Origin: an uncultured delta proteobacterium
GTDB taxonomy: Bacteria; Myxococcota_A; Polyangia; Polyangiales; Polyangiaceae
Assembly: GCA_963716725.1 (NCBI GenBank)
Contig: CAVQUB010000013.1
Span: 384,001 to 448,000, forward strand
Direction of reading: 5' to 3'
DNA length: 64,000 nucleotides
Part shown: positions 36,997 to 47,515 of the stretch, piece after piece
Layout of the letters: the number at the start of each line of letters is the position of its first letter
How positions within the stretch are numbered: position 1 is the stretch's first letter
Position numbers and translations under genes: made by a program
Notes under the pieces: generated by a model
What the model was told of the DNA's origin: nothing
The model's database searches: none
What the model saw: the letters and a program-made list of their open reading frames with translations, nothing else

Positions 36997-39900
36997 TCAG
37001 TCGGGATCGGGGAGCGAGTTGTAGATTCCAGCCTTCGAGTAGATCGCTGCGACGCCCCGAGCCGCGTCGAGTAGGCCCACGTAACTCTGCAATTGAGTGG
37101 GGTTGTTAGCCTTCAGATCGTTCGCGCGTTGGAGCATCCGCGACGCAACCCCTTTGTCGACGATCTTTCCGTTGATCGTGTCGTTGCCATAGAGACGCGC
37201 AACGTAGGTGAAGCCGCTGTTGGGATCGGTGAACTTGACCAACTCCGTGTCCGGTATCGCCGCGATGAAATCCACGCCTTCAATGAAGATTTGCATCTTG
37301 TTGAGAAGCGTCGTGTCCGAGTTCATTCGCCCGAATAGATTCGCGTTGATTACCAACCAGACCTGCTGGCGGAAGCCGATGTTGGGGAAGAGCGCCGTAC
37401 TTCCTGCGGGCCGTGATGGATTGGGGACCGTCAGGTCGAGGGCTTGTATCGAACGGAACGGCAGGCCTCCATTCGGGTCCTCGATGTCGGTGTTGTCCAC
37501 CCACATGCCCACGCTCGCCCAGTCCTCGGCTAGCACGCCGCCGATCAAGCGATCCACGCCATCCGCCTCATCGTCGCGGTAGTTCCGCAAGACGTTGCGT
37601 CCGTCGAGGTACGTCTCACGAGAAATCGTGAACAACGTGGGGCGGCCATCCAGCAGAGCCCGCATGGCCATGCCGCGCTCGGCGTTGTATCCGGCGTGAT
37701 CGATCCAGGACAGGTAGTCCCAGTTTCCACCCTTCTCGTTGTTGAACTCCGCAGATACGTAGCGACCGTCGCCAATTCCGACCTGAAACTCCGCCGGGAA
37801 CTTCAGCGTATCGTTTGGATCCGCGTCATAGACGGCTTGGCCGCCCATGCTGGATTTCTTCATCGGTCCCGGCTCGGGAGCCAGGGCAGCGCGCGCCAAG
37901 AAATGGAAGGTCTCGAGCCGAGCCTTGTCGTACTCCGGGCCAAACGAGCGATCCTCCAAGATCCAGTGGAAGGAACGTGCGCGCTCCATGAAGCGATTCG
38001 CCGTAGACGCGGGCAGGTTCGAGTACCGGTACGTCTTGCTGTTTCTTCGGAAGTACGTGAGCGGGTACGTCAGGTCGAACATCTTGCTGTTCCCGATCGT
38101 CACCTCGTACACGTCCGCGCCGCTGTCACTGGGGTTCGTGTGCAGGTAGCCGTTGCCATAGGTCTCGCCGTAGCGATAGTTCCATCGCTGGCGAGCTGTC
38201 TGGTCCGGGGACGCCGCTTTTCGCGACTTCCAGGCGGTCAGGTTGACCCAGTCCGCGGGCATCGTGTTGTCGTCGGCGTTGTCGTTGATGAAGTCCTTCC
38301 AACGGAAGTGGTCCCGAGCGCTCTGGCTGCAGATCTTGCCGTGCACCACGCGCCACTCCCCCTGCGCCAGCTCTTCTGGTGTGGCGTCTCGGCAGTAGCT
38401 TGGCTTGAACACCTTGAGCTCTTCGCTCAGGTTCGTGTAGTGCGAGACGTTCGGTCCCAAGGTGCTCAGTTCGCTCAGTTGCAGACCGATGTTGAGAGCA
38501 AACTGGTCTTGGTCTGCTGCCGGAATGCCTCCCTCTGCGTCGCTACGGTCGTTGTCGTAGGTTTCGAGTACGCCGCCGTAGACGGCCTTCATGTACATCA
38601 TGTCGTAGGATCCGAAGCCAGGGGACAGATAGTCCTGCTCGTATTCCATGACCGAGGTATTGCCGAAGTAGCCGACTCCGGGCCGTCCCTGGCTTCTACC
38701 GGCGGCGTCTCGCGGTGCGAGGCCGAGCTCGTCGTCCGTCTCCGCGTCAATGTCTCGCCGGCCGTAGCACCCCTTGGCGTCCGTCGCGCCGAACGCGCAC
38801 GCAGGCTCTGAACCTTCCGCGGTACGAAGCTGCCAGTACTGCGGCATGAAGTTCGGGGCGTCGTAGCTCGATGCGAAGTTGTGACGCATGCCGAGGCAGT
38901 GTCCCAGTTCGTGGATGGCGATGCCCTTGGCCATGCCTTTGAAGAGGTCTTCGTAGATGTAGTCGCCGCGCTGTTTCAGGAGCCCGACGTCTCGAGGCCC
39001 GCCGGCCTTGATGTCGGCGTCCATGCCCATTTCCTCGAACTTGTCGAGGTACCAACGGCTGATACCCGCGAAGTTGATACTGCCGATGCGCGGCACGTCT
39101 TCAACGAAGCAGACGCCCTTGGCCGCGAGCTTGGCGTTGATCTGTGCGCGCCAGAGCTCCATCCGGCCCGGATCGAGGTTTCGAAACGGTGATGCCGCGT
39201 CGAGGGTGGAGCCAGAAATGGGTCCGCTCGGATCGGCACCGGTCGTGCTCATTGCCCAGTCCGCGTCGACAACCATGGCTTCGTATTCAGTGCCGCGAAC
39301 CTTCCCGGCCAACGCCTCCCACAGCGGTTGGGCTTGGGCCTGAAGCAGTGGATCGTAAGCGGTCTTGGTCTGAGCCTTGAGGAACGAGTGGAGCGACTGC
39401 TTCGGCATCTCCTTGAATTCGCCGGACTTCGGTCCGCTTTGCGGCGCGGGAGCATCGATGCTCTTGCCCGCAGCCTTTTTCGCCATGTCGCTGAGGGGCG
39501 AGTAGCCGTTCTGGGCGATCTTGTTGTAGATGAACTGCGGCATCCCGTCGGTGATGTCGCTCTCTTGGAAGTCGCCAATCGCGTACTGGATGTAGTCACG
39601 GTACATCGCCGCCGCGCGGGTCGCCGAGCGCCCCATGACGGTGGCCGTCGTGCCGTGGCTTTCGCCGGTTTCGGGATCCTGACCCAAACCAGCGACCCCG
39701 CCGTAGCGAGCGTCGGAATCGTGCGGCCAGTAGTAGATGAAGTTCTTGCGCTGGTCGCCGTTTCGAGCGACCTCGCCGGTCTCACCGCAGGTCTGGTGGT
39801 CGTCGTAAGCGCGCACGGGTGCGTGACAGGAGGTCATGGCACGCGCGGCGTCTTGAGGTTGGGGTCGTGGCGTCGCTACGCCCCAACCGCCGAAGGAGAG

Positions 39901-41313
39901 CATCTGCAAAACGTCTCGGCCGTCTGGGAGAGTCTCGAAGAACTGCGCGTGGCAGGTTGCGCGATCGGCATCAAGCGTGCGGCGACACTCGGCTTCTCGG
40001 CCGTAGGCCAAGGCAACCTTGGTCGATTGGTCCCAAGTGTGGACCACGTCCTCCATGGGCCCGCGAACGACGGGCTGTCCGGTCGCGTCCAAGGCGCCCG
40101 CGGGGTTTCCATCGGGATTGACGGCGTCCAGGAGGATCGTAGGAGTCTCCTTGTTGAGCCAGTAGCCAACCGTCTTGATGGAGCGCTCGCGCAGCGGCAT
40201 CGTGCACTTGTTGTGGTACAGGTCACATTGGGAGCCCTTCATGCCCTGGTACGCTTCACACTGGTCGGCAGTCCCGTTTTCGTTGCCATCGAAGTCGCTC
40301 CCGCAGGGGATGTCGACGTGGCTCTTCGCCCAGAAGTTGGTCTTGACCAGGTACTGACGGAAGCACGCTTCGGTGTAAGCGTACTGGGGATCCCAGCATT
40401 GAGTGGTGCCACCTGCGAACCCGGGCTGTAGGCTGTCGCCCGCGCCGCCGAAGCTCGCGACCACGTCCATCTTGCGCTTGGTATTCTCCGTGGGTTCGTA
40501 GTCGTGGTCCGCCTTGACCTTCCAGAAGCTGTGGCGAATCACGGCTTCTTGGTTGTTGCAATCGTAGGCGGTCGAGTTCGTGAAGATCCCAACCAGCGCG
40601 CAGGTCGGGAGGGTCTGACCCCAGGGCGCGAAGTACTCTTCTTTGGGCGAGACGTAGTACTTGTTGGTGATGTCGAAGTAACCGTCCTTGACGTCGAAGT
40701 GCGGCGCATCCTCGCTGGTCGGGTCGGTCACCGTGTAGGTCAGCGGCTCGACGGTCATGTCGCCGAAGAGCTTGCCGAAGAACATCTCGCTCCACATCGG
40801 GTCGATCACCACGTTGCTCGACCAATCCACGCGCATGAACTTCCGCTCCTGCCACGGGCGATCAGAGCTGTTCTCCGAGACCACGTTGAGCTCTTCGCCA
40901 GTTTGTGGGTTGTACTGGCGCTTCACGTCGAAGTGGCTCGTGATCCTGAACTTCGCCACGACGACGCCGTTCGGTTCGCCGTTGGGCAGTCCGTGGTGGT
41001 CTTGGCCCTGGGCGATTTGGTACGCCTTGTGGGCAATCAGGTAGTCTTCGCTGATCTCCCACTTGATGCGATCCGTCCCGGAGTACAGCCCAACGCTCAT
41101 TCCGTTCTGGCCGACGGACTGATCGATGACAAATGCCTTGGAGAAGAAGCTGGGGTTATCCAGGTTGTCGGCCAATTTCCCGACGAAGAACGCCTTTTCT
41201 AGGGCGTTTGGTTGCACTTGGTTGATTGGGTCGCGCTCTTCTGCACACCCAACCGCGTTCAACCCCACGAGCGAAAGGCCCATTGCAAGCCTTCTGGTCC
41301 ACCTCAGGTCCAT
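36997..41313 (-). CDS. Very large lipoprotein with zinc-dependent metzincin protease domain
   Basis: AAGGAG RBS; lipobox AVG-C; HELGHCLGMRH zinc motif followed by TSVMEY Met-turn. Confidence 0.88.
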   Translation of the reverse strand: MDLRWTRRLAMGLSLVGLNAVGCAEERDPINQVQPNALEKAFFVGKLADNLDNPSFFSKAFVIDQSVGQNGMSVGLYSGTDRIKWEISEDYLIAHKAYQIAQGQDHHGLPNGEPNGVVVAKFRITSHFDVKRQYNPQTGEELNVVSENSSDRPWQERKFMRVDWSSNVVIDPMWSEMFFGKLFGDMTVEPLTYTVTDPTSEDAPHFDVKDGYFDITNKYYVSPKEEYFAPWGQTLPTCALVGIFTNSTAYDCNNQEAVIRHSFWKVKADHDYEPTENTKRKMDVVASFGGAGDSLQPGFAGGTTQCWDPQYAYTEACFRQYLVKTNFWAKSHVDIPCGSDFDGNENGTADQCEAYQGMKGSQCDLYHNKCTMPLRERSIKTVGYWLNKETPTILLDAVNPDGNPAGALDATGQPVVRGPMEDVVHTWDQSTKVALAYGREAECRRTLDADRATCHAQFFETLPDGRDVLQMLSFGGWGVATPRPQPQDAARAMTSCHAPVRAYDDHQTCGETGEVARNGDQRKNFIYYWPHDSDARYGGVAGLGQDPETGESHGTTATVMGRSATRAAAMYRDYIQYAIGDFQESDITDGMPQFIYNKIAQNGYSPLSDMAKKAAGKSIDAPAPQSGPKSGEFKEMPKQSLHSFLKAQTKTAYDPLLQAQAQPLWEALAGKVRGTEYEAMVVDADWAMSTTGADPSGPISGSTLDAASPFRNLDPGRMELWRAQINAKLAAKGVCFVEDVPRIGSINFAGISRWYLDKFEEMGMDADIKAGGPRDVGLLKQRGDYIYEDLFKGMAKGIAIHELGHCLGMRHNFASSYDAPNFMPQYWQLRTAEGSEPACAFGATDAKGCYGRRDIDAETDDELGLAPRDAAGRSQGRPGVGYFGNTSVMEYEQDYLSPGFGSYDMMYMKAVYGGVLETYDNDRSDAEGGIPAADQDQFALNIGLQLSELSTLGPNVSHYTNLSEELKVFKPSYCRDATPEELAQGEWRVVHGKICSQSARDHFRWKDFINDNADDNTMPADWVNLTAWKSRKAASPDQTARQRWNYRYGETYGNGYLHTNPSDSGADVYEVTIGNSKMFDLTYPLTYFRRNSKTYRYSNLPASTANRFMERARSFHWILEDRSFGPEYDKARLETFHFLARAALAPEPGPMKKSSMGGQAVYDADPNDTLKFPAEFQVGIGDGRYVSAEFNNEKGGNWDYLSWIDHAGYNAERGMAMRALLDGRPTLFTISRETYLDGRNVLRNYRDDEADGVDRLIGGVLAEDWASVGMWVDNTDIEDPNGGLPFRSIQALDLTVPNPSRPAGSTALFPNIGFRQQVWLVINANLFGRMNSDTTLLNKMQIFIEGVDFIAAIPDTELVKFTDPNSGFTYVARLYGNDTINGKIVDKGVASRMLQRANDLKANNPTQLQSYVGLLDAARGVAAIYSKAGIYNSLPDPD

Positions 41314-41417
41314 GCCGTTCTCCTTAAACAAGTTGCTTTGTCATCCCGATGCCGCCGGACGGTGCGCCAAATACGCGCAATCTCCCGAGGACAGAATCCG
41401 AGCCGGCACCACCTTGG

Positions 41418-41433
41418 GCAAGAGCCGAGCCAG
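41418..41433 (-). promoter_or_regulatory. Putative sigma54 promoter for the metzincin gene
   Basis: Minus strand CTGGCTCGGCTCTTGC = TGGC..-N-TTGC with exact GG-N10-GC spacing; AT-rich tract upstream. Confidence 0.6.
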
Positions 41434-41654
41434 AACATCGCAAGGCTGTTTTCTTGCGGTTTTATGTTCTAACTCCCCCCAGGCGGGGGGGCGGCGCGGA
41501 ACCTAACCGTTAGGGGACTAACTCGCAACGAGATTGTCGCACACTCATGACGCGACGCGGCACGCTTTCGAGCGTGCGCGCGGCGTGATGTACCCGCCGT
41601 GGGGGCGGAGGTGGAACGCTCTGTCAGCGGGTAGGCTGGAGGCGCAGCGAAACG

Positions 41655-42296
41655 ATGACGACGCTACAGCAAGGCCCGAACGATGAGGTCGTCGCACTCA
41701 AGCGCGAGCTGTCGCTTCACCTCAAGCTGCTTGGGGGCTTCGTCGCCGTGTTCTGGCTCGTGCACCTCGTCAGCGCCATCGGCTTTGGCGGCCGCCTGGT
41801 CGTGTACGGCATCCGGCCCCGAACGCTTTCTGGACTTTGGGGCCTGCTCACCATGCCCTTCCTCCACGGCAACCTGCCGCACCTGATCGGCAACACCGTG
41901 CCCTTCGTCGTGCTCGGCTGGCTGGTGCTGGCACGGTCCGTGGCGCGCTTCGTCCTAGTGACGCTGCTCGGCATGGGGCTCGGGGGCTTGGGCGTCTGGC
42001 TCGTGGGTGCGTCCAACTCGGTGCACGTCGGCGCGAGCGGGCTGGTGTTCACCTATTTCGGTCACACCTTGCTCGCCGGTTGGTTCGAGCGCCGCGTCGG
42101 CAGCATCGTGCTCAGCGTGCTGGTGTTCTTCCTGTACGGCGCGTTGATCTTGGGCGTGCTGCCGGGCCAGTGCGGCGTCTCGTGGGAAGGTCACTTGTTC
42201 GGCTTCGCCGCCGGCGCAGCATCGGCGTGGCTCACCAGCGGGCGCGCGCCGGTCGGGCATAGGGCGAGGGTCCGCGCCGCGCAATCAGCTCGTTGA
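41655..42296 (+). CDS. Rhomboid family intramembrane serine protease
   Basis: PFLHGNLPHLIGN; GASG catalytic Ser; SWEGHLFG catalytic His. Confidence 0.92.
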   Translation: MTTLQQGPNDEVVALKRELSLHLKLLGGFVAVFWLVHLVSAIGFGGRLVVYGIRPRTLSGLWGLLTMPFLHGNLPHLIGNTVPFVVLGWLVLARSVARFVLVTLLGMGLGGLGVWLVGASNSVHVGASGLVFTYFGHTLLAGWFERRVGSIVLSVLVFFLYGALILGVLPGQCGVSWEGHLFGFAAGAASAWLTSGRAPVGHRARVRAAQSAR

Positions 42297-42327
42297 CGCT
42301 CATGGCCTCACGTGCGATGGGCCGCGA

Positions 42328-43998
42328 GTGGAACGAGGGTCTGGGGAGGGGTCGAGCGCTCCGAGCTCGCGCGAGACTCCGGATGCGCCGCAGGAGACCT
42401 CCGCGGCGGCGCCGAACCAGAACCCCGGCCCGTCGCTCGAAGCCTTGGCTCCGCTCGTTCTCGTGCTGGCGACGGCCCCCTGGCTCTACTTCTTTGCCAA
42501 GCACTACACCTCGCAACCGCTGTTCCGCGACCCAGGCATGTTCCAGTACGTCGGCTGGTGCCTGCGTCATGGCGAGCGCCTGTACGACACGGTATCGATG
42601 CCCGACGGGCCGTTCATCCACTTCTGGCATGCCTTCCTCCAGACGCTGGGCGGAACGACCGATCGGGCTTTTCGGACCATCGATCTGCTCGTGCACATCG
42701 TCGGCGGCGGCTTGCTCGGCGCAGCGCTCCGACCCAGGACCGGGTCGAGGCCGATCCTGGTCACGGCTGTGTGGGCGGCCTTGGGGACCTGTCTCTGGCT
42801 GACCTACATCTTCGCATTCTACTGGTCGGATTCGTCCCAGCGCGAGATGTACTACGCGTTGTTCGGGACCCTCGGCCTGGCGACGGCCTTCGCGGTCATC
42901 ACCGCCGAACGACCGAGCCGGTCGATGCTCGTGCTCGCGGGCGTGCTGTGCGCCGCGCCCGCGCTGGGCAAGCACACCGGCCTGGTCTACCCGGCACTTG
43001 CGGCGTTGTCGCTGTTCGTGGCGCGACGGCAAGCAAAGTCCTGGCGCGACGCCTGGCGCTGGTTCTTCACGGGCGTGGGCGGGGCCGTCTTGGTTGCTCT
43101 GGTGCTGGTCGCGATCTTCGGCAGCTTGCGAGGCTTCGTCTACTGGCACTACGTGTACGCGCTCGAGGTCTACCGGTTCATCCACTCGGTTCCGCTGGAT
43201 CAGGTCTTCCTCGGAATGGACCCGGCCCGAGGCTTTCCGCTCCTGGCGGTGCTCGCTACCGGCGGCGGACTGGTCGCGATTGCCACGCGGCTACTGTCCC
43301 CCGCCGCGGTGGGACTGGTGCTCGCCCCCTCGCTCCAGTTCTTGTCCGGCGTGATGCAGGGGAAGGGCTGGGGCTATCAGTTCCACCCCGCCGTCGCCGG
43401 TGCTTTTGCCGTCCTGCTGCTCGCTTTGGGACGGGTGAGCGAGTGCAAGCCTTCGGCAGCCAACCCGGTGCTGCGAGCCGGTGCGATTTGGGTCGCCTTC
43501 ACGTTGACGCTGGCCTATTGCGTTCGTGAGCTCCAGCAGAGTCCGTGGCGCAAGCCAGAAGACGCAGCGAACTCCCCCGAAGTGGTCACCCGTCAGAAGG
43601 TGGCCGAGTTGCTGCGGGCCAGGACGCCGCGCGAGGCTCGAGTGCTCTACTACGGCATCGACCCGTACACGCTCTATCTGGCGGAGCGTCGGCCCGCCAT
43701 CCCGCAGCTCGTCAGCTTCATGGTCAACTTCAGCGTGCCCACCGCAAAATCGAAGACCAGTGCGGCTCAGCGCGCACGCATCGGCCAGCTGGAGCGCGCA
43801 GCTGCGGCTGACGTCTGTCAGCGCTTTCGGGCCCATGCTCCGGCCGCGATTGTCGCCGCCACCAGCCCGCCCAACACAGGCCCGGATGCGCTCCAAGATC
43901 TCGCGCAGTTCTGCCCGGAGATCGGCGTGGCATTGCGCGATCGCTACGAGCGGGTCGCCGATATCGGGGGCACCGCGGTATTTCTTGCCCGTCCGTGA
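42328..43998 (+). CDS. Multi-pass membrane protein, probable GT-C glycosyltransferase (ArnT/PMT-like)
   Basis: RDPGMFQYVGW....GERLYD N-terminal loop; about 10 TM segments; extracytoplasmic C-terminal domain. Confidence 0.65.
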   Translation: MERGSGEGSSAPSSRETPDAPQETSAAAPNQNPGPSLEALAPLVLVLATAPWLYFFAKHYTSQPLFRDPGMFQYVGWCLRHGERLYDTVSMPDGPFIHFWHAFLQTLGGTTDRAFRTIDLLVHIVGGGLLGAALRPRTGSRPILVTAVWAALGTCLWLTYIFAFYWSDSSQREMYYALFGTLGLATAFAVITAERPSRSMLVLAGVLCAAPALGKHTGLVYPALAALSLFVARRQAKSWRDAWRWFFTGVGGAVLVALVLVAIFGSLRGFVYWHYVYALEVYRFIHSVPLDQVFLGMDPARGFPLLAVLATGGGLVAIATRLLSPAAVGLVLAPSLQFLSGVMQGKGWGYQFHPAVAGAFAVLLLALGRVSECKPSAANPVLRAGAIWVAFTLTLAYCVRELQQSPWRKPEDAANSPEVVTRQKVAELLRARTPREARVLYYGIDPYTLYLAERRPAIPQLVSFMVNFSVPTAKSKTSAAQRARIGQLERAAAADVCQRFRAHAPAAIVAATSPPNTGPDALQDLAQFCPEIGVALRDRYERVADIGGTAVFLARP

Positions 43999-44015
43999 CC
44001 AGGGCAGCTCGAATC

Positions 44016-44789
44016 TCAGGGAGCGTCGACGGGCCGACTCACGCGCTCGGTGGCGAAGAGCACGAGGGCGAGCAGGCGGCGAAGGGCTTCGCGGTGCGCC
44101 GGATCGTCGGGCTCCCAGGGTCTCTTGCCGCAGGCTTGCAGCGCATTCCTGAGCTCCGGTCGACCCCGCCGCTCGAGCTCGCCGAGCCACTCCGCAGCTT
44201 TGGGGTGGTGCGCCTGAACACGAGCGAGCGTGTCGGCCACGGCCTGCTCGGTGTGGCCGTCGAGCAATGCGTCGAGCACACCGCCGGGCTTGATGCGTGC
44301 CTTCTCGTCGTCGTGGGCCTTCAGCAAGAGCGCGCCATTGCAGCGCACCGCGCAGGCGACTACCCAAGACACCAGTTCGGGGGCATCCCCGGACAGCATC
44401 GATGACGCGCGCTTCACGGACATGCTGAGCTGGGTCCGGCGCTCCTCGGAAAGCTCGGTGTTGGCCAGCTGATCGGCGAACCAATAGGCGAGCAGCAGCA
44501 ACTGCTGCGCCAACGTCTCGTCTCCGCCTGAAGGGATCCACGGGGCGGGCCACGCCTGGTCTTTGCACCGCGACCTCCATCGAATCGGCGGCACAGTCGA
44601 CCCTTGGCGGACGCTGAAGCGCGACCCATCGTCGGACGCGGCCGCGGACCCGGGAACCTCCGCGGCTGGCAACTTCGCCGGCGTCTTCGTTTTTCGGGCG
44701 CGCGCTTTCGCCGCGACCGTCGCGGGCGGCGCGTTCGCCTCCGACTTGTCGGAAGGTCGCTTGGCCGAACGCTTCTTGGCCTGGGCCAT
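44016..44789 (-). CDS. Hypothetical protein with Lys/Ala-rich N-terminus
   Basis: Coding-like ORF; TAGCAT-7nt-ATG start signal. Confidence 0.6.
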   Translation of the reverse strand: MAQAKKRSAKRPSDKSEANAPPATVAAKARARKTKTPAKLPAAEVPGSAAASDDGSRFSVRQGSTVPPIRWRSRCKDQAWPAPWIPSGGDETLAQQLLLLAYWFADQLANTELSEERRTQLSMSVKRASSMLSGDAPELVSWVVACAVRCNGALLLKAHDDEKARIKPGGVLDALLDGHTEQAVADTLARVQAHHPKAAEWLGELERRGRPELRNALQACGKRPWEPDDPAHREALRRLLALVLFATERVSRPVDAP

Positions 44790-44851
44790 CGCGCTGATGC
44801 TATCGCGTCGGGTCGATGAAGGGCGAATGTCCTGCGGGCGATCGCGCCGGA

Positions 44852-45167
44852 TCACGCGCTGAAGCAGAGCACGCCGTCGTCGATTGCCCCGTCGCGTAGG
44901 CTTCGCTTATCCTCGCTGTAGCTCTGTGGGTTGAGCCAAGGCTCGCGATCACCCTGCTTCGGGAACAGGTGCATCGCCCGCGCGATGTAGCTGGGAGAAA
45001 AATCGGCGATCCAGGGGCGCCCCGGCATGTCCGCATCGGCGGGTCGCAGGCGCGGGGTGACCGTGCGAGCCCCGACCCGGTCCATGTGGTTCACGAGGCG
45101 GCAGACCCGCTCCGACGCCCGAGAGACCGCCCCCAACGATGAGCACGTCGAAGTGCTCTAGGTCCAT
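44852..45167 (-). pseudogene. Collapsed remnant of an EthA-like flavin monooxygenase (Baeyer-Villiger type)
   Basis: [20 protein letters not shown] joined out of frame to SERVCRLVNHMD...DFSPSYIARAMHLFPKQGDREPW...IDDGVLCF. Confidence 0.85.
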
Positions 45168-46243
45168 TTACCGCTCCTCGTCGTTCGTAGCGCGCCGACC
45201 CGGTGAACCGAGCTCTCTATGCGGATCCGGGCTCGGCGTTCGGCGACGACGGGCGTGGGCTCGCCACTGGTCGCGCTCTCGCGCAAGATCTCCAGCGCCG
45301 TGACCCCGAGCGCGTCGATCAGAGGCCCGGGATCCTCGAGCCCCATCACCGATCGCCCAACGCCTTCGATCACCGCGCCGGCCGAGGCCACCGGATCCGG
45401 GACGAAGAGCACGCCGCGATCGGTCAGGATCTTCGCCGCCGAATCGTCCGCGAGGATGTTGTTGGCCGCGCCGCAGACAGCCCACGCCCTGAGCGTCCGG
45501 GCTTCCTCGCCTCCGATGACGCCGCCCACGGCGCAGGGCGCGAGGATGTCGGTGTTTGCGGCCAAGATCGCCAGGGGATCGACCCGCTCCGCTCCAAGTT
45601 CGGAAGCGACCCGCAGGGCTCGGTCCCGATCGAGGTCGGCGAGCAGGATCCGCGCACCCGCCCCGGCGAGCCGTCGCGCAACCGCCTCGCCGATCACCCC
45701 AACCCCCTGCACGGCAACGCACAGCGAAGCGACAGCGACTCCGCGGGTGCTGGCACAGGCCTCGATGCAGCGCAAAAGGCCCCTCGCAACCGCGTCCGCG
45801 AGCCCGGACTCGTCGGTGTGAACGAAGCGACAGTTCGTCGCCATGGCTTCGAGGTCGCGCTTCGTGGTGCCGAGATCCCCAGCGGTGCGGAACTGCCCGT
45901 CGAGCTCGTCGACGAGCTGCCCCAATCGCGCGAAGGCCCGCGGGCGATCGAGCTCAGGTTGATCCATCACGACCAGCTTGGCACCACCAGCGTCGAGGCC
46001 GGCGAGCGCGCACTTGATGGTCATGGCCCGGGCCAGCTTCGCGCAGTCCTCAGCCGCGGCCCCGAGGGACGGATAGACGCGCGTGCGCACGCCGCCTGCC
46101 GCCGGACCGAGCGTCAGATCATCGATCACCAGAATGGCGCGCAGCCCCGACGCCGGATCGCTCCAAAGGCGGCAGCGCGCGCTCCCCCGAGCTTCGAGCG
46201 ACTCGAAAACGCTCTGCAACTCGGCGTCTGGGTCTGGGCTCAT
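45158..46243 (-). CDS. Glu/Leu/Phe/Val dehydrogenase (leucine dehydrogenase-like)
   Basis: [45 protein letters not shown]. Confidence 0.9.
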   Translation of the reverse strand: MSPDPDAELQSVFESLEARGSARCRLWSDPASGLRAILVIDDLTLGPAAGGVRTRVYPSLGAAAEDCAKLARAMTIKCALAGLDAGGAKLVVMDQPELDRPRAFARLGQLVDELDGQFRTAGDLGTTKRDLEAMATNCRFVHTDESGLADAVARGLLRCIEACASTRGVAVASLCVAVQGVGVIGEAVARRLAGAGARILLADLDRDRALRVASELGAERVDPLAILAANTDILAPCAVGGVIGGEEARTLRAWAVCGAANNILADDSAAKILTDRGVLFVPDPVASAGAVIEGVGRSVMGLEDPGPLIDALGVTALEILRESATSGEPTPVVAERRARIRIESSVHRVGALRTTRSGKWT

Positions 46244-46253
46244 GGCCAGGCGC

Positions 46254-46760
46254 TCAGGTCTCGCGCAGGTGTGCGGGCAAGAGGGAGCGCCGCGCGCTAG
46301 CGGGACCGCCGGCGTCGGTGTGCTTCCGGACCTCTTCGACCAGCTCTTCGACTCGGTCAGCCTGCACGCCCGCGGCGGCGGCGATCTCGTGAATCAGAGA
46401 CTTTTCCGCCGCCGAGAGCCCCTCGCTCGCGAAGGCGATGGCCAAGGCGACTCGGAGGCCAGCCTCCGCGGCGTCGCAATCTTGGAGGATGGCGCCGACC
46501 AGGCGGACGCGCGGCTCGACACCTGCGGTTTTGATCACCTCGACGCTGGCATGGATCAGGGCATCGACCAACTCCCGGGTGAGCGTGGTCTCGAGCAAGG
46601 TCTGAAAGACCTCACCGAGCAGCGCGTGTTCGCGAGCGTCGACGGCGCCATCGGCGTTTGCGACCAGCACACCGATGTCGATGACCGGGGTGGGATTGTA
46701 GCCGCCGAGTTCGAACGCGGCGCACAGGTCTTCGATGGCAGGGGCAAGGACTTCGTGCAT
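46254..46760 (-). CDS. TerB-like (tellurite resistance family) protein
   Basis: [12 protein letters not shown]...[20 protein letters not shown] pattern. Confidence 0.7.
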   Translation of the reverse strand: MHEVLAPAIEDLCAAFELGGYNPTPVIDIGVLVANADGAVDAREHALLGEVFQTLLETTLTRELVDALIHASVEVIKTAGVEPRVRLVGAILQDCDAAEAGLRVALAIAFASEGLSAAEKSLIHEIAAAAGVQADRVEELVEEVRKHTDAGGPASARRSLLPAHLRET

Positions 46761-46768
46761 GCATCACC

Positions 46769-47515
46769 TCAGGCAACGGGGGGCGGAGGCACCGTCGTCC
46801 GGCGCCTGGGTTCGAGCCCGAGGGTCATCTGGGCGCGCAGAGCTTTGAGCCCGTCCAAGACTTCGGGAGCAGCATCGGTCGCCTCGGCTCTGCGCAGCGT
46901 CGCGTCGAGCGTAGCTACCCGCGCGTGTTGGATCGCGCTCAGCGAATGGGTCATCTGCAAGAATGTCTCGAAGAGATCTTCCAGCTCGTCACCGCGTCGA
47001 AGGTGCTCATCCACGACGATGCGCCCAGTGCTCACGCGACGGAGTAGTCGCTTCAACTTGTACACTGGACCGACGATTCGATGGGTGATCACGATGCCCA
47101 TCAGCGTGAGCAGGACGAGCAGCGCGACTCCAGCGCCGATCAGCGCACGCTGGAGGTCCCGGCGATCGCGGCGGATCTCGTGGTGCATACGGTGAACCTC
47201 GGCGAGATTCTTCTGCTGCTGCGCCTCGACCTCTTTGAGCGATTCGTCCATGGCCGCCGCCAGCGGGACGTTGTCGGGCTGCGCCATCTCCACCGCGCCG
47301 CGGGCGAGGATGTTGTTGGCCTCCGATTCCTTGAAGGCTTTCTCGGCCTGGGACACCGCGATGTCCGCGGTGTCCGAAGCGCGGCTCGCCATGCGGCCGA
47401 TCAGCACCCCGAGTGAGGTCATCACGGCGAGCACGATGACGACGAGATATCCGGTCCACTTCAGTTGGAAGCGCGCGTCGATGAGATAGCGCTTCGTGCG
47501 CCGAGCCCGAGCCAT
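46769..47515 (-). CDS. Two-TM membrane protein with HAMP domain and no output domain
   Basis: RYLIDARFQLKW; THRIVGPVYKL...LRRGDELEDL..F..M. Confidence 0.8.
   Translation of the reverse strand: MARARRTKRYLIDARFQLKWTGYLVVIVLAVMTSLGVLIGRMASRASDTADIAVSQAEKAFKESEANNILARGAVEMAQPDNVPLAAAMDESLKEVEAQQQKNLAEVHRMHHEIRRDRRDLQRALIGAGVALLVLLTLMGIVITHRIVGPVYKLKRLLRRVSTGRIVVDEHLRRGDELEDLFETFLQMTHSLSAIQHARVATLDATLRRAEATDAAPEVLDGLKALRAQMTLGLEPRRRTTVPPPPVA

Noticed and set aside
46254..46760. Ter stress/anti-phage operon
   Set aside because: Only a lone TerB-like gene; no terC, terD or associated genes nearby
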